Positions 1 through 12,200 of a stretch of DNA of 37,420 bases are shown in pieces. The notes under the pieces were generated by a model, which saw only the letters and a list, made by a program, of their open reading frames with translations, ran no database searches and had not been told where the DNA came from. Position numbers and translations under genes: made by a program. Each line of letters starts with the position of its first letter. The first letter of the stretch is position 1. Origin of the DNA: Octopus bimaculoides (Eukaryota); contig NC_069008.1 of NCBI RefSeq assembly GCF_001194135.2, positions 16,760,532 to 16,797,951 of the forward strand, read 5' to 3'.

Positions 1-305
1 ATATATACACAAGAATAAGGGCAGGGAATCGTCAATTAGTAATAGAATTAATAATTAACAATTTTGCCAAGTGGTTCAGTATGAAAAAAACCTTTATCGG
101 TAAAACCATTTATCATCGTAAATATACAGGGATTAGCATTGAGTTGCTTCTCCAACATACTGAAAATTTAGAAATAGCAGTCAAAAAACTACTGATTCTA
201 AACTACAAATTTTTCTCTAAATGGATGGCGATATTTATGGCGCACATAGAACAAAAAACCAGAGTGAAAAGCAAAAACAAACCTCACACACACACACACA
301 CACAG

Positions 306-464
306 ACAACAGGCTTCTTTCAGTTTCCATCTACCAAATCCACTCACAAAGCTTTGGTCAGTCTGAGGCTATAGTAGAAGACTCTTGCCTAAAGTGCCAC
401 ACAGTTGGACTGAATCCGGAACCATGTGGTTGGTAAGCAAGCTTCTTACCACACAACCACACCT
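306..464 (-). mobile_element. SINE family A, 5' half
   Basis: Reverse complement of 22911-23045. Confidence 0.8.
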
Positions 465-492
465 TATATATATACACATATATCTATATATT

Positions 493-700
493 ATCATCGT
501 TTAACATCTGTTTTCTATGCTGGCATGGGTTGGACGGTTTGATAGGAGTTGACCAGCTGAAGAGCTATTCCGTCTCTGTGTCTGTTGTGGCATGGTTTCT
601 ACAGCTGGATGCCTTTCCTAACGCCAATCACTCTACGGAGCGTACTGGGTGCTTTCGCACAGCAATTGGCATGGGTGCTTTTTACATGCACCAGCACCTA
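493..700 (-). mobile_element. RTE 3'-UTR-type repeat with (GAT)n tail
   Basis: Reverse complement of the repeat at 1615-1826 and 3574-3753. Confidence 0.7.
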
Positions 701-980
701 CGAGCCCACATTAGGGATGCCCAGCTGGAGTCCACTGCAAGGGACGAGCCTGTATGCAAGGGCAACTACGCTATTACTTAGCTTTCTTATACAGCACCCA
801 AATAACCGGAACCCTCAAGGAACCAGGTTCGAAATAAACCTAAAAGAAAACACATAGCTAATTAGAGTAACGAGAATTTAAAACTTAATATAATAGAGAG
901 GGGGTAATTAACCAATGGGGGTAGTTGTCATTGGGGGGAAAATTGTCCACAAGGGGTAATTGTCTTGACACAATATATAT

Positions 981-1130
981 ATCATCATCATCGTTTAACG
1001 TCCGCTTTCCATGCTAGCATGGGTTGGACGACTTGACTGAGGACTGGTGAAACCGGATGGCAACACCAGGCTCCAATCTAAATTTGGCAGAGTTTCTACA
1101 GCTGGATGCCCTTCCTAACGCCAACCACTC
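981..1130 (-). mobile_element. RTE 3'-UTR-type repeat with (GAT)n tail, abutting the 3' half of SINE family A
   Basis: atcatcatcatcgtttaacgtccgctttccatgctagcatgggttggacg...gcccttcctaacgccaaccactc. Confidence 0.8.
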
Positions 1131-1167
<37 letters not shown>

Positions 1168-1482
1168 TGTCTGTTTGTCCCCCACCATCGCTTCACAACT
1201 GACATTGTTATTTACATTCCTGTAACTTAGCAGTACGGCAAAAGATAGCGATAGAATAAGTACTAGGCTTACAAAGAATAAGTCTTGTGGTTGGTTTGTT
1301 CAACCCTAGGAANNNNNNNNNNGTGTGTGTGTGTGTGTGTGTGAGTGTCTGTTTGTCCCCCACCATCGCTTCACAACTGACATTGTTATTTACATTCCTG
1401 TAACTTAGCAGTACGGCAAAAGATAGCGATAGAATAAGTACTAGGCTTACAAAGAATAAGTCTTGTGGTTGGTTTGTTCAAC

Positions 1483-1826
1483 CCTAGGAAGACATGGAAC
1501 GAAGTGGTGAGAAAGGATCTTCGGAAACTGGGCCTCACTGAGGAAATGACAAGGAACCAGGGGGGGGGGGCGATTTGCTGTACTTGATAATTCCACACAT
1601 ACAGGCCTGTCCCTTCAGGTGCCAGTGCCATTTAAAATGGCACCTGTGCCAGTGCTGCATCAACGCACTCGTGACGGTGACACACAAAAAGCACCCAGCA
1701 CACTGTTAAGTGGTTGGCGTTATGAAGGGCATCTGGCTGAAGAAATTGTGCCAAAACAGATAGGTGGAGTCTGGACAGCTCCATGTCAAACTGACCAACC
1801 CATGCCAGCATGGAAAACAGATGTTA
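1483..1826 (+). mobile_element. RTE-clade LINE 3' end (ORF2 C-terminus plus 3' UTR), 5'-truncated
   Basis: 1483-1591 translates PRKTWNEVVRKDLRKLGLTEEMTRNQ...RFAVL, the RP(R/K)KTW...L..LGL ending typical of RTE ORF2. It is followed in the same orientation by the repeat GTGGTTGGCGTTAGGAAGGGCATCCAGCTG...CCAACCCATGCCAGCATGGAA, which recurs across the window. Confidence 0.8.
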
Positions 1827-2399
1827 CTTGTGTAAGGTCACTTGACCATACACAATGTAACAGCCAAATCTCCTCTCAACAAACTCCCTACTCTCTTTAA
1901 CCCTTTAACATGTAAACCAGCCATATATACTTTGTTTTATGTACAAACTGGTCAGATCTGACCTCTCCCACCTACCCTACAATGTCATTCAAAAGATAGA
2001 CAATCACTTCAACAGCATCGAGGACTCGGAATGAAACAACTGGACACAACTGCTTAAGCGTTGATGATTTGGCTCAGCAAACTGGACATTCAATCTGTTT
2101 TGGTAACGGTACCGTAGCAAGATTTGAAACCAAATCAACAAACTGCCAAGTTAAATTCACAGCTTGGCAACAGCTTTTTCATGTAATTGGCTAAGTTATG
2201 GACCAATCAGCAGCCAGACATCGTGAGACATTCTAGAAGCCTCCAGAATATTCTCCCTCTCTCTCTGGCCTGGTTAACCATGTACCTCCTCTACAGCAAC
2301 ACACCCGTTTCTGTCCCTCGGTCACATTCTAACCTTTCATCATCTGGCACAAGATCCCCTCCTTCCTATGGCCCCTTCATCTCAAAATTCTTTGTCTTG

Positions 2400-2710
2400 C
2401 AAGCACTTAGTGACCTTGCTAGTTCTGGTGCCATGTAAAAAGCATCCAGTCCGCTGTGTGGGGTGGTTGGTGTTAGGAATGGCATCCAGCTGTAAAAACC
2501 TTACCACAACTGACCTCACCTATGCTTGTGCCACATAAGAAGCTCCGAGTCCACTCTGCTGAGTGTGGTTGGTGTTAGGAAGGGCATCCAGCTGTAAAGC
2601 CCTACCAAAACAGTCACAGCAGTCTGATGCAGGCTCCTACCTAGGCAGCTCCTGTCAAACTGTCCAACCCATCCCAACATGGAAGGTGGACGTTAAGCGA
2701 TGATGATGAA
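2400..2710 (+). mobile_element. RTE 3'-UTR-type repeat with an internally duplicated core
   Basis: Two copies of gtggttggtgttagga(a/at)ggcatccagctgtaaa, ending ggacgttaagcgatgatgatga. Confidence 0.7.
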
Positions 2711-2869
2711 GGCCCATAAATCCACACATTTTTTAGCGCCAACCTCAATGCTGTTGGATTAGGGTCCTCAGATTTCCTTCAAGTGTCCTTAGAAAATGGT
2801 TTTAAACAGGGAGACCAGGCAGGGTGCATGTCCATACCCTCATGTTTAACTGTAATAATGAACGGATCA

Positions 2870-2956
2870 GCGAAGGTAAGGAATACACGCCACCCAACCT
2901 GTTTTGTGGGGTTAGGGTTACGCCGAAAACATGTGGTGTGCATATTCTTTACTTCC
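2870..2956 (-). mobile_element. About 90-bp inverted-repeat MITE with an AACCCT-like core (second copy 7236-7324, +)
   Basis: Both copies share GTAAAGA(A/C)TATG(C/T)ACACCAC..GTTTTCGGCGTAA..CCC.AACCCC and end in an imperfect inverted copy of the terminus. Confidence 0.6.
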
Positions 2957-2959
2957 ACA

Positions 2960-3095
2960 AATGGGTCTTGCCCACATGTCCAAATCATACTTCAGTGTGA
3001 CAATCAATGGGTCTTGCCCACATGTCCAAATCATATTTTAGTATGGCAGTCAAAAGGTCTTGCCCACATGTCTGTACATGTTTCAGTGTACAGAA
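2960..3095. repeat. 46-bp tandem repeat, three copies
   Basis: GGTCTTGCCCACATGTC units starting at 2960, 3006 and 3052. Confidence 0.85.
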
Positions 3096-3124
3096 AGGCA
3101 TCTCTTTTGAGCGTTATCATTTAC

Positions 3125-3749
3125 GGGTTTCACTCACTGGACTGCAGCCATGCTGGGGCACCACCTGGGCGGGGGGGGGGNNNNNNNNNNNNNNNNNNNN
3201 NNNNNNNNNNNNNNNNNNNNNNNNNNNNNNNNNNNNNNNNNNNNNNNNNNNNNNNNNNNNNNNNNNNNNNNNNNNNNNNNNNNNNNNNNNNNNNNNNNNN
3301 NNNNNNNNNNNNNNNNNNNNNNNNNNNNNNNNNNNNNNNNNNNNNNNNNNNNNNNNNNNNNNNNNNNNNNNNNNNNNNNNNNNNNNNNNNNNNNNNNNNN
3401 NNNNNNNNNNNNNNNNNNNNNNNNNNNNNNNNNNNNNNNNNNNNNNNNNNNNNNNNNNNNNNNNNNNNNNNNNNNNNNNNNNNNNNNNNNNNNNNNNNNN
3501 NNNNNNNNNNNNNNNNNNNNNNNNNNNNNNNNNNNNNNNNNNNNNNNNNNNNNNNNNNNNNNTATAATCATCATCAAGCACCCACTACACTCTCTGAGTG
3601 GTTGGCGTTAGGAAGGGCATCCAGCTGTAGAAACTCTGCCAAATTAGATTGGAGCCTGGTGCAGCCATCCGGTTGCACCAGTCCTCAGTCAAATCGTCCA
3701 ACCCATGCTAGCATGGAAAGCGGACGTGAAACGATGATGATGATGATGA

Positions 3750-3780
<31 letters not shown>

Positions 3781-3938
3781 CGACGGGCTTCTTTCAGTTT
3801 CCGTCTACCAAATCCACTCACAAGGCTTTGGTCGGCCCAAGGCTATAGTAGAAGACACTTGCCCAAGGTGCCACGCAGTGGGACTGAACCCGGAACCATG
3901 TGGTTGGTAAGCAAGCTACTTACCACACAGCCCCTCCT
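3125..3938 (-). mobile_element. SINE family A interrupted by a gap and by an antisense RTE 3' end
   Basis: 3' end of A at about 3125-3175 (actgcagccatgctggggcacc); 5' half of A at 3781-3938. Confidence 0.75.
3574..3753 (+). mobile_element. RTE 3'-UTR-type repeat with (GAT)n tail inside SINE family A
   Basis: caagcacccactacactctctgagtggttggcgttaggaagggcatccagctg...ggacgtgaaacgatgatgatg. Confidence 0.8.
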
Positions 3939-4371
3939 AAACACATACAAATGTAAATACACACACACACACACACCAAAAACGTACGTAAGTAACATCT
4001 ACTCCAAAACAGAAAGGACCACAAACAGACGACACATTCATTGGACTCCCAGAATGGCTACAAAAATTCTTAGGTAAGGCATTTTATTATTTCCAATATA
4101 CTACAAAATGACAATTAAACTAGTTTAATTAGTCTTACTGATCACAGGTGCCCTTGTCTCGAAGTATTATTTACACCTGTGTATAGAATCCCTGAATGTC
4201 AACTAAAGTTTTAAGGTTTGTTGTGTTATGTCTACAAAATGTACAATGAAATAGGAATGAATTCTGTTTAATGTGTCTTCGGGGATATAAAACGTAAAAT
4301 GAGGATTTGTAAACTGGAGAGGGCTTGTATTTTGTACTGGTGTTTACAGGCATATTACATACGTTTGCATA

Positions 4372-4445
4372 TCGACAGATAGATAAATAGATATAGATGG
4401 ATAGACAGACAGACAGACAGATAGACAGATAGAAAGAAAGACAGG

Positions 4446-4495
<50 letters not shown>

Positions 4496-4648
4496 CAGAC
4501 AGAGATAGACAGATAGATAGACAGACAGACAGAGATAGACAGATAGATAGACAGACAGACAGAGATAGACAGATAGATAGACAGACAGAGATAGACAGAT
4601 AGATAGACAGACAGACAGAGATAGACAGACAGACAGACAGAGATAGAC

Positions 4649-4718
<70 letters not shown>

Positions 4719-4785
4719 GTAGATAGATAGATAGATAGATAGATAGACATAGAAACAGATATAGATGATGGCTAGACAGACATAT
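4372..4785. repeat. Compound (AGAT)n/(AGAC)n microsatellite with 30-bp higher-order units; similar arrays at about 5420-5655, 12715-13485 and 28345-28420
   Basis: Direct reading; AGAGATAGACAGATAGATAGACAGACAG at 4501, 4531 and 4561. Confidence 0.95.
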
Positions 4786-4841
4786 ATACGCACGCATATA
4801 TTCGTTTAACATGTTTGTGTGTGTGTATATATGAAAGAAAT

Positions 4842-4874
<33 letters not shown>

Positions 4875-5173
4875 GTGTGTGTATATATATTTACACACAC
4901 ACGTGTGTGCTTTGTGTCGCATTGTATATATAGAAAAAGTGCTTGTGAACAAGAATACGGAAGTATAGTAATTTGAAACTCCTACCATGTGCACGCATAT
5001 GCATGTGTGTGTGTATATATATATATGTATGCGTATATAAATAATGTATATATATATATCAGAAGTAGGAAGGAAGTGTAAGCGTTTATGACAATGTGCG
5101 CGTAAATGATATATTTGTCAATGATTATCAAAATAAGTGGAAGCGCTGTTTGTGAATGAATGCATGTTTGAGG

Positions 5174-5212
<39 letters not shown>

Positions 5213-5387
5213 GCTTATTTATCTAATCTGATCTGTTGGTGATAATATCACTGTGTGTGAGTTAGTGTGTGTGTGTGTGAGAGAGAGAGAGAGGGAGAGA
5301 GAGAGAGAGAGCTTGTCAAAAACTGACAGGAGTTTGTGAATGAGTTTAGGCGGAATATAATAGTATTGACGGAAGGGAAACGATACA

Positions 5388-5421
<34 letters not shown>

Positions 5422-5464
5422 TAGATAGATAGAGAGAGAGATAGACAGACAGACAAATAAATAA

Positions 5465-5536
<72 letters not shown>

Positions 5537-5658
5537 GATAGATAGATAGACAGACAGACACACAGACAGGCATACAAACAGACAGACAGACAGATAGATA
5601 GATAGATGGACAGACGGATAGATAGATAGATAGATGGATAAACAGATAGATAGATATG

Positions 5659-5704
<46 letters not shown>

Positions 5705-5875
5705 CACATACACACACATATATATATATACACACATCACACATACACGCACGCACACACATATATATACATACATACACATATATATACACCCTCACAA
5801 TCACATATATACACACATCACACACACACACATATACAGAGACATACAGAGAGAGGCGGAGTCTTTTGCACGGTT

Positions 5876-6146
5876 CAGCCATTAGACTGCGGCCATGCTG
5901 GGGCACCGCTTTACTTCCAGGGCTTAAATCAAACAAATCTACCCCAGTGCTTTCTTTTCTTTTTTTTTTAAAGCTTAGTACTTATTCCATCGGTATCATT
6001 TTGCCGAACCACCACGTTACGCGGACGTAAACACACCAACACCAGACGACAGACAAGCACACGCACATACACACACCGGTCTTCTTTCAGTTTCCCTCTA
6101 CAATACCCATAGGCTTTGGTCGGCCTAGGACTTGTCCAAGGTGCTA
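5876..6146 (-). mobile_element. SINE family A, degenerate
   Basis: gactgcggccatgctggggcaccgc...tcttctttcagtttcc...ggctttggtcggcc...ttgtccaaggtgc. Confidence 0.75.
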
Positions 6147-6516
6147 TGAGTTCGTATCCCACGGACGGCTTTCAGCTTTATAGCCTTATCAACTTCGAGT
6201 TTCACGAATACATATATACATATACATCCACACACACATGCGGGGTATACACGAATACTGTTGCTGTTTTATATCACAAACCCCAGCGTCAATCCTGATC
6301 GTGTACATCTATGATCAAAAGGCACTCTAGCCGTGACCATCCCGTCATTTAGAGTTACGTAGTACTACGTTCTCTAATGTAGACTTGCCTTATTTTTTTA
6401 AAGACAATCTCACGGGTATTATTTGAAGGTCTTCTATTTCTAGCAGACCGACCAAACCACGTAGAGGGACTCCCCTCTGGGCGGTGTTTATTGTATATGA
6501 GAAACAAGTGCAAAAC

Positions 6517-7192
6517 TGCTTCACAAGCAAATGGTTCCGGGTTCAAGCCCAGTGCGTGACACCTTGAGCAAGTGTCTTCTATTTTCAAGTCTCGGCCGAC
6601 CAAATCCTTATGAATGGACGTGTGTGTGTGTTTCTGTATTTGACCACACATACACACACCACCACCTCTTGACAACCGGTGTGGGTGTGTTTACATCCCC
6701 GCAACTTAGCGGTTCAGCAAGTGCCATCTACAACCTCATGCAGAGATTTGGCAGACGGGGAAGCTATAAGACCGTCGTGTATGCGTGTTGGCTTCCACCA
6801 CCGCTTGACAACCGGTGTTGGTGTGTTAACGTCTAAAAGAGACCGATAGCATACGTACCAGGCATAAAACAAATACAGAAGTTGGAGGGGGAGGAACGAT
6901 CTAGATCGTAAGAACTTTTCGAGGCAGTGCCCCAGCATGGCCGCAGTCCGACAACTGCTAAAAGACATACGTAGCTGGATCTTGTATTTCTTATTTGTTT
7001 GTCATTTGACTGCGGCCATGCTGGGGCACCGCCTAGAAGAATATTCGGTCGAAGGAATCGAGCCCAGCATTTCATTTTCATTCATAAAACTGGTGCTAAA
7101 TCAATCGGTTCCTTTTGTTGAACCGCTAGGTTACGAAGACGTAAACATACCAACACTTGGGTTGGCAAGCGGTGTGGGCGGGGAAAGACAGT

Positions 7193-7195
<3 letters not shown>
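6517..7195. mobile_element. Tail-to-tail cluster of SINE family A copies (+ 6517-6950, - 7003-7195)
   Basis: Plus-strand head and 3' halves, followed by a reverse-complemented 3' half. Confidence 0.75.
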
Positions 7196-7235
<40 letters not shown>

Positions 7236-8181
7236 GCCGGCGGTAAAGACTATGTACACCACCCGTTTTCGGCGTAAGAACCCGAACCCCTAAACCCTAA
7301 ACACCGGGTGAACGCATTCTTTACTATATATATANNNNNNNNNNNNNNNNNNNNNNNNNNNNNNNNNNNNNNNNNNNNNNNNNNNNNNNNNNNNNNNNNN
7401 NNNNNNNNNNNNNNNNNNNNNNNNNNNNNNNNNNNNNNNNNNNNNNNNNNNNNNNNNNNNNNNNNNNNNNNNNNNNNNNNNNNNNNNNNNNNNNNNNNNN
7501 NNNNNNNNNNNNNNNNNNNNNNNNNNNNNNNNNNNNNNNNNNNNNNNNNNNNNNNNNNNNNNNNNNNNNNNNNNNNNNNNNNNNNNNNNNNNNNNNNNNN
7601 NNNNNNNNNNNNNNNNNNNNNNNNNNNNNNNNNNNNNNNNNNNNNNNNNNNNNNNNNNNNNNNNNNNNNNNNNNNNNNNNNNNNNNNNNNNNNNNNNNNN
7701 NNNNNNNNNNNNNNNNNNNNNNNNNNNNNNNNNNNNNNNNNNNNNNNNNNNNNNNNNNNNNNNNNNNNNNNNNNNNNNNNNNNNNNNNNNNNNNNNNNNN
7801 NNNNNNNNNNNNNNNNNNNNNNNNNNNNNNNNNNNNNNNNNNNNNNNNNNNNNNNNNNNNNNNNNNNNNNNNNNNNNNNNNNNNNNNNNNNNNNNNNNNN
7901 NNNNNNNNNNNNNNNNNNNNNNNNNNNNNNNNNNNNNNNNNNNNNNNNNNNNNNNNNNNNNNNNNNNNNNNNNNNNNNNNNNNNNNNNNNNNNNNNNNNN
8001 NNNNNNNNNNNNNNNNNNNNNNNNNNNNNNNNNNNNNNNNNNNNNNNNNNNNNNNNNNNNNNNNNNNNNNNNNNNNNNNNNNNNNNNNNNNNNNNNNNNN
8101 NNNNNNNNNNNNNNNNNNNNNNNNNNNNNNNNNNNNNNNNNNNNNNNNNNNNNNNNNNNNNNNNNNNNNNNNNNNNNNNNN

Positions 8182-8223
<42 letters not shown>

Positions 8224-8780
8224 ATACATGTACGTATACCTATGTACAAATATATATACATATACATATACATACAATATACATGTACATACAAACATAC
8301 ATACACACATGTACATGCACATACATATGTACATACACATACATATGTACATACAAACATATTTATACATATACATGTTCATACATATACATATTGTATA
8401 TACAAACACATACATACGTTCGTACGGCGATCGCCGTACATACAATCACATACATATGTACATATACATACATACATATGCACATACATATACATATATA
8501 CATACACATATATACATACAAATATACATATATACACAAACAACACGGTTGTGAGAGACCGTACATGTGTTTGTGTACACATACATACATACATACATAT
8601 ATATATACATACATAGCCACACATACATACATACATCCATACACATAGCCATACATACATATACATATATACGTATAGACACCCTCAAAATATATGATCG
8701 TATACACAATAACAGAGTGAGTGAGTGCGTGTGTAATACATATATATACATATATACATAAATATATATATATGTATGTA
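8182..8780. repeat. Degenerate (TA)n/(TACA)n array in Smad2/3 intron 1
   Basis: Direct reading. Confidence 0.9.
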
Positions 8781-8902
8781 TATATCTATGTTATGCAATG
8801 TGCGTGTATGTGCTTGTGTGTGTGTGCTTGAGCGTGTGCGTGTGTGAGTGTAAGGCGGCACTCCCACTCACCCTCACACTCTGGCCTAGCTTTCAAACCT
8901 AC

Positions 8903-9105
8903 CTGGCGATCGTGATACACTTGGTGTTCGACTCCTGAGTAGTTATCGCCTTCTCCAGTTCGTCAATGCCTCCACATTTTTTCAGCTTCTTAACCAGGCT
9001 CTTCACCGCCTTTTCGGACCACTTGTCTTCTTTTTCCGATTCTCCTTTCTTCCAACCTAACAAACGTTTCACTATCGGTGGCGTGAACGGTGACAACGAA
9101 TTCAT
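8903..9105 (-). CDS. SMAD2/3: Smad2/3 (TGF-beta/activin R-Smad) first coding exon, N-terminal part of the MH1 domain
   Basis: Translates [67 protein letters not shown](R), near-identical to the vertebrate SMAD3/SMAD2 N-terminus. ATG at 9105. 203 nt ending in a phase-2 donor AG|GTAGGT at the position I recall for vertebrate SMAD2/3. The next exon (SLDGRLQV...) is not visible in sequenced bases 1-8902. Confidence 0.97.
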
Positions 9106-9229
9106 GTCTCGCCTAATCTCGCTCCGCACCTCTCGCTCGCTCTCGTCGCCTCCGCCCTTCACACAAACCCTCCTTCCTTACACTCATACTCTTACTCTCT
9201 TACACGCTTACACTTAGGACTTACACTCA

Positions 9230-12200
9230 GACATTTTCCCTCCCTTTGCCTCTAGCCTCTATCTATCTCTCCCTCTCCCTCATTTTACTCTCCCCTCTCT
9301 CTCTTTCATTCCACACCTCATACCCTGTCACCTTCGTTCTACTCCTCACACTTTCGTTGTTCCCTCTCGTTTTTGTCTGTCTTTTCCTCCCTCCTCTTTC
9401 TCTGTCTGTCTCTCTTACCCTGCACCTCACACTTTGATCCTATCCTCTCTTTTTGTCCTTACCTTATCCCTCCCTTTTCTTTCTCTATCTGTCTCTTTCA
9501 TTCTGCACCTCACACTTTGATTCTATCCTCTCTTTTTGTCCTTACCTTATCCCTCCGTTTTCCTTTTCTGTTTGTCTCTCTCATTCTGCACTTTTATTGT
9601 TCCCTCTCTTTTTGTTTGACTTTCCCTCCCTCCTCTATTTCTGTCTGTCCCTCTCATTTTGCACCCCACACTCTGATTGTTCCCTCTCTTTTTGTCTGTC
9701 ATTCACTCTCTTTTCTTTTTCAGTCTATCTCTCTCACTCTGCCCCTCTGATTGTTCCTTCTCTTTTTGTCTGCTTTTCCCTCCCTTCTCTTTTCTGTCTG
9801 TTTCTCTCTTTCTGCACCTCACACTCTGATCGTTACCTCTCTTTCTTGTCGGTCTTTTCCTCCCTTCGCTTTCTCACTCTATCTCTCTCATCTTATACCT
9901 CACACTCTGATCCCTCTCTTTTTTGCTTATTAGTATATCTCTCCGCCTCTATATGTCTCCCATTTTTCTCTCTCTCCCTCCCTCATTTCACTCCTCACTT
10001 TGTTCCTCTCTCTTTATCTATCACTATATCTCTTTCTCCCTTTCTACTCTCTATCTCCCCCTCCCTCTTTCATTCCACATCTCATACCCTATCTCCCTCA
10101 TTCCACTCCTCACACCCAGTTCGTTCACTCTCTTTTTGTTTCTTCCTCCCTTCTCTTTCCCTGCCTCTCTCTCTCTCTCATTCCTTTCCTCACACTAGTG
10201 TGTTCCTCTCTTTTTCCTCATCCTTATATCTGTTTCCCCCTCTCTTTTTGTCTTTGTACATCTTTCGGTTCTTCACACTCTGGTTGTTTTTTTCTCTTTG
10301 TCTATCTGTATATCTCTCTCTCTCCCTCTCTGTAGCATTACCTGTCTCCCATTTCACCCCCTCTCTCTCATTCTTTTCCTATTGTTGCCTCGTGTATCCC
10401 TTTTTCTACTCCTCATACTCTCTTTTTGTCTATCTGTATATCTCTCTATCCTCTCCCCTTCTTACTATCTATATCTATTTCACTTTCCTTCTCCCCTTCA
10501 TACCCCTGCTCCCTCATTCCACTCCTCTTTCCTTCTTTACCTTTCCACTTCTCCCTCGCTTGATATACCTGCTTCTCACTTCTCACTCCCTCTTTTTGTC
10601 TATCTGTATATCACCATCTCTCCTCTTCCTCTCTCATTCCGCACCTCACACCCATGTCGTTCCCTCTCTCTTTATCTCTCTGTCTATCTCTCACATTCTG
10701 CCCCTTTCTCTTTCTCATATTCTACTGCTCACCCCTTTCGCTTACACTTCGACTTCCCCTCTCTACGTATCTATGTCTCTCTCTCTCTCCTTCAGTTTCC
10801 CTGATAGTACGAACAATTTACCCTACTTCCCTCTCTCTCTCTCTCACTCTTTCTTATATCTCTCAGCCTTCTCCCATGCTACTCCTTCACTTTTCTTCCC
10901 TCTCTGTTTCCTCCCCTTCTTTCTACCCTTAAAATCACACTCAGTTTTCCCCATCTCTGTGTTTATGTCTTTTTCTTCCTCCTACTCCTACTCCTGCTCC
11001 TCTCTCTCTAACTCTTTATCTTTCTTTGTCTCACTCATTTATTCCCTCTCTTTTTGTCTCTCCGTAAATCTCCATCTCCCCCTCTCTCTCTGTCTCCCTT
11101 TGTATTCTCCCCTTCTCTCAGTCTCTCTCTCTCTTTCATCCCTCTCTCTATATTTTTGCCTTTCCCTTCTCTTTGTCCCTGTGATTCACTCAAACTCAAC
11201 CATTCTCTCTCCATGCCACACACAGCAATGCATCTGGATTTTCACTCTTCTCCCTCTCTCTCTATCTATATCTATCTATCCCTCTCTCTCTCTCTCTCTC
11301 TGTCACTCTCACTCATACAATCATTTTCTCTCGCTCTCCCTCTTCCTATCCCCCAACTATTTCTCCCCCTTTATCCTTCTCTGTCTTAACAAGTTATATT
11401 TTCTTTGTCTTTCTTCTCATCCAGCACCTCTTATACACCTTTTCTCACTCTCTTTCCCTTTCCCCCCCTCTCTATCTATTTTCCCGCTCACTCTCCCTAT
11501 GTATCTATCTGTCTCTTGTCTCCTTCTCTCTCTCAGACAACCATGTTCCTCCCTCACATTTTCTTATTCCACATCCCATGCTTATGGCTTAACAATCTCT
11601 TTTTAAACGTCTGTACCTCCTTCCCTATCTTTCTCTCGTTCTATCATTCCACTATATTCCTCATTATATAGTTTTTCCATGTCTTTTTTATTCATCTACG
11701 TATCCTTCTTTCTCTCATTCCGCTTCATTCGTTCTCTTTCATTCGCCAGCATTTCCCTTCCTTTGGGTGTTATGTGTATCTCTCCTTTTCATTCACTTCA
11801 TTCACTATCTATCTATCTATCTACCTACCTATCTATCTATCTGTCTATTTATCTATCTACCAATCTATCTGTCTATCTACCTATCCCTATCTATCTATCT
11901 ATCTATCTACCTCTGTCTTCACATCTTTCTGTGTGTCTCTCTCTCTCTCACTTTTACTCAACGTTACCCTCTCACTCACTTCGCTTACCTCCCCCTCCTG
12001 TCACACTTTGTTTATCTTCCGCCGACTTGTGTGACGACTACCTCCGCCTACCACACTTCCCGTTTTCCTCCCACTCCCGTTATTTATGTTTGTCTGTTCT
12101 TTTCTCTCAGTGTCTATATATCTCTGTCTCTCTATTTCTTTCTATCTATCTGTATCTATCTCTCTCTCTTTCAGTGAGTTTATCCCTCTCTTTCTCTCAG

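Noticed and set aside
1139-1490. Exact ~170-bp direct duplication either side of the 10-N gap
   Set aside because: Identical sequence differing only in (TG)n length around a placeholder gap: most likely unmerged contig ends or two alleles, not a real duplication.
4171-5936. LSIY/YLSI and VCVY-type ORFs (also 12365-13338, 24737-25666, 28116-28996)
   Set aside because: Translations of (AGAT)n, (AC)n and (CT)n microsatellites.
1-8902. Search for Smad2/3 exon 2 onward (SLDGRLQVSHRKGLPH, MH2)
   Set aside because: Not found in sequenced bases on the minus strand; it must be in gaps 3181-3562 or 7335-8181, or beyond position 1.
9453-11606. 717-aa ORF and overlapping Leu/Ser/Phe-rich ORFs
   Set aside because: Stop codons are rare in CT-rich low-complexity DNA; there is no domain, and several frames are open at once.
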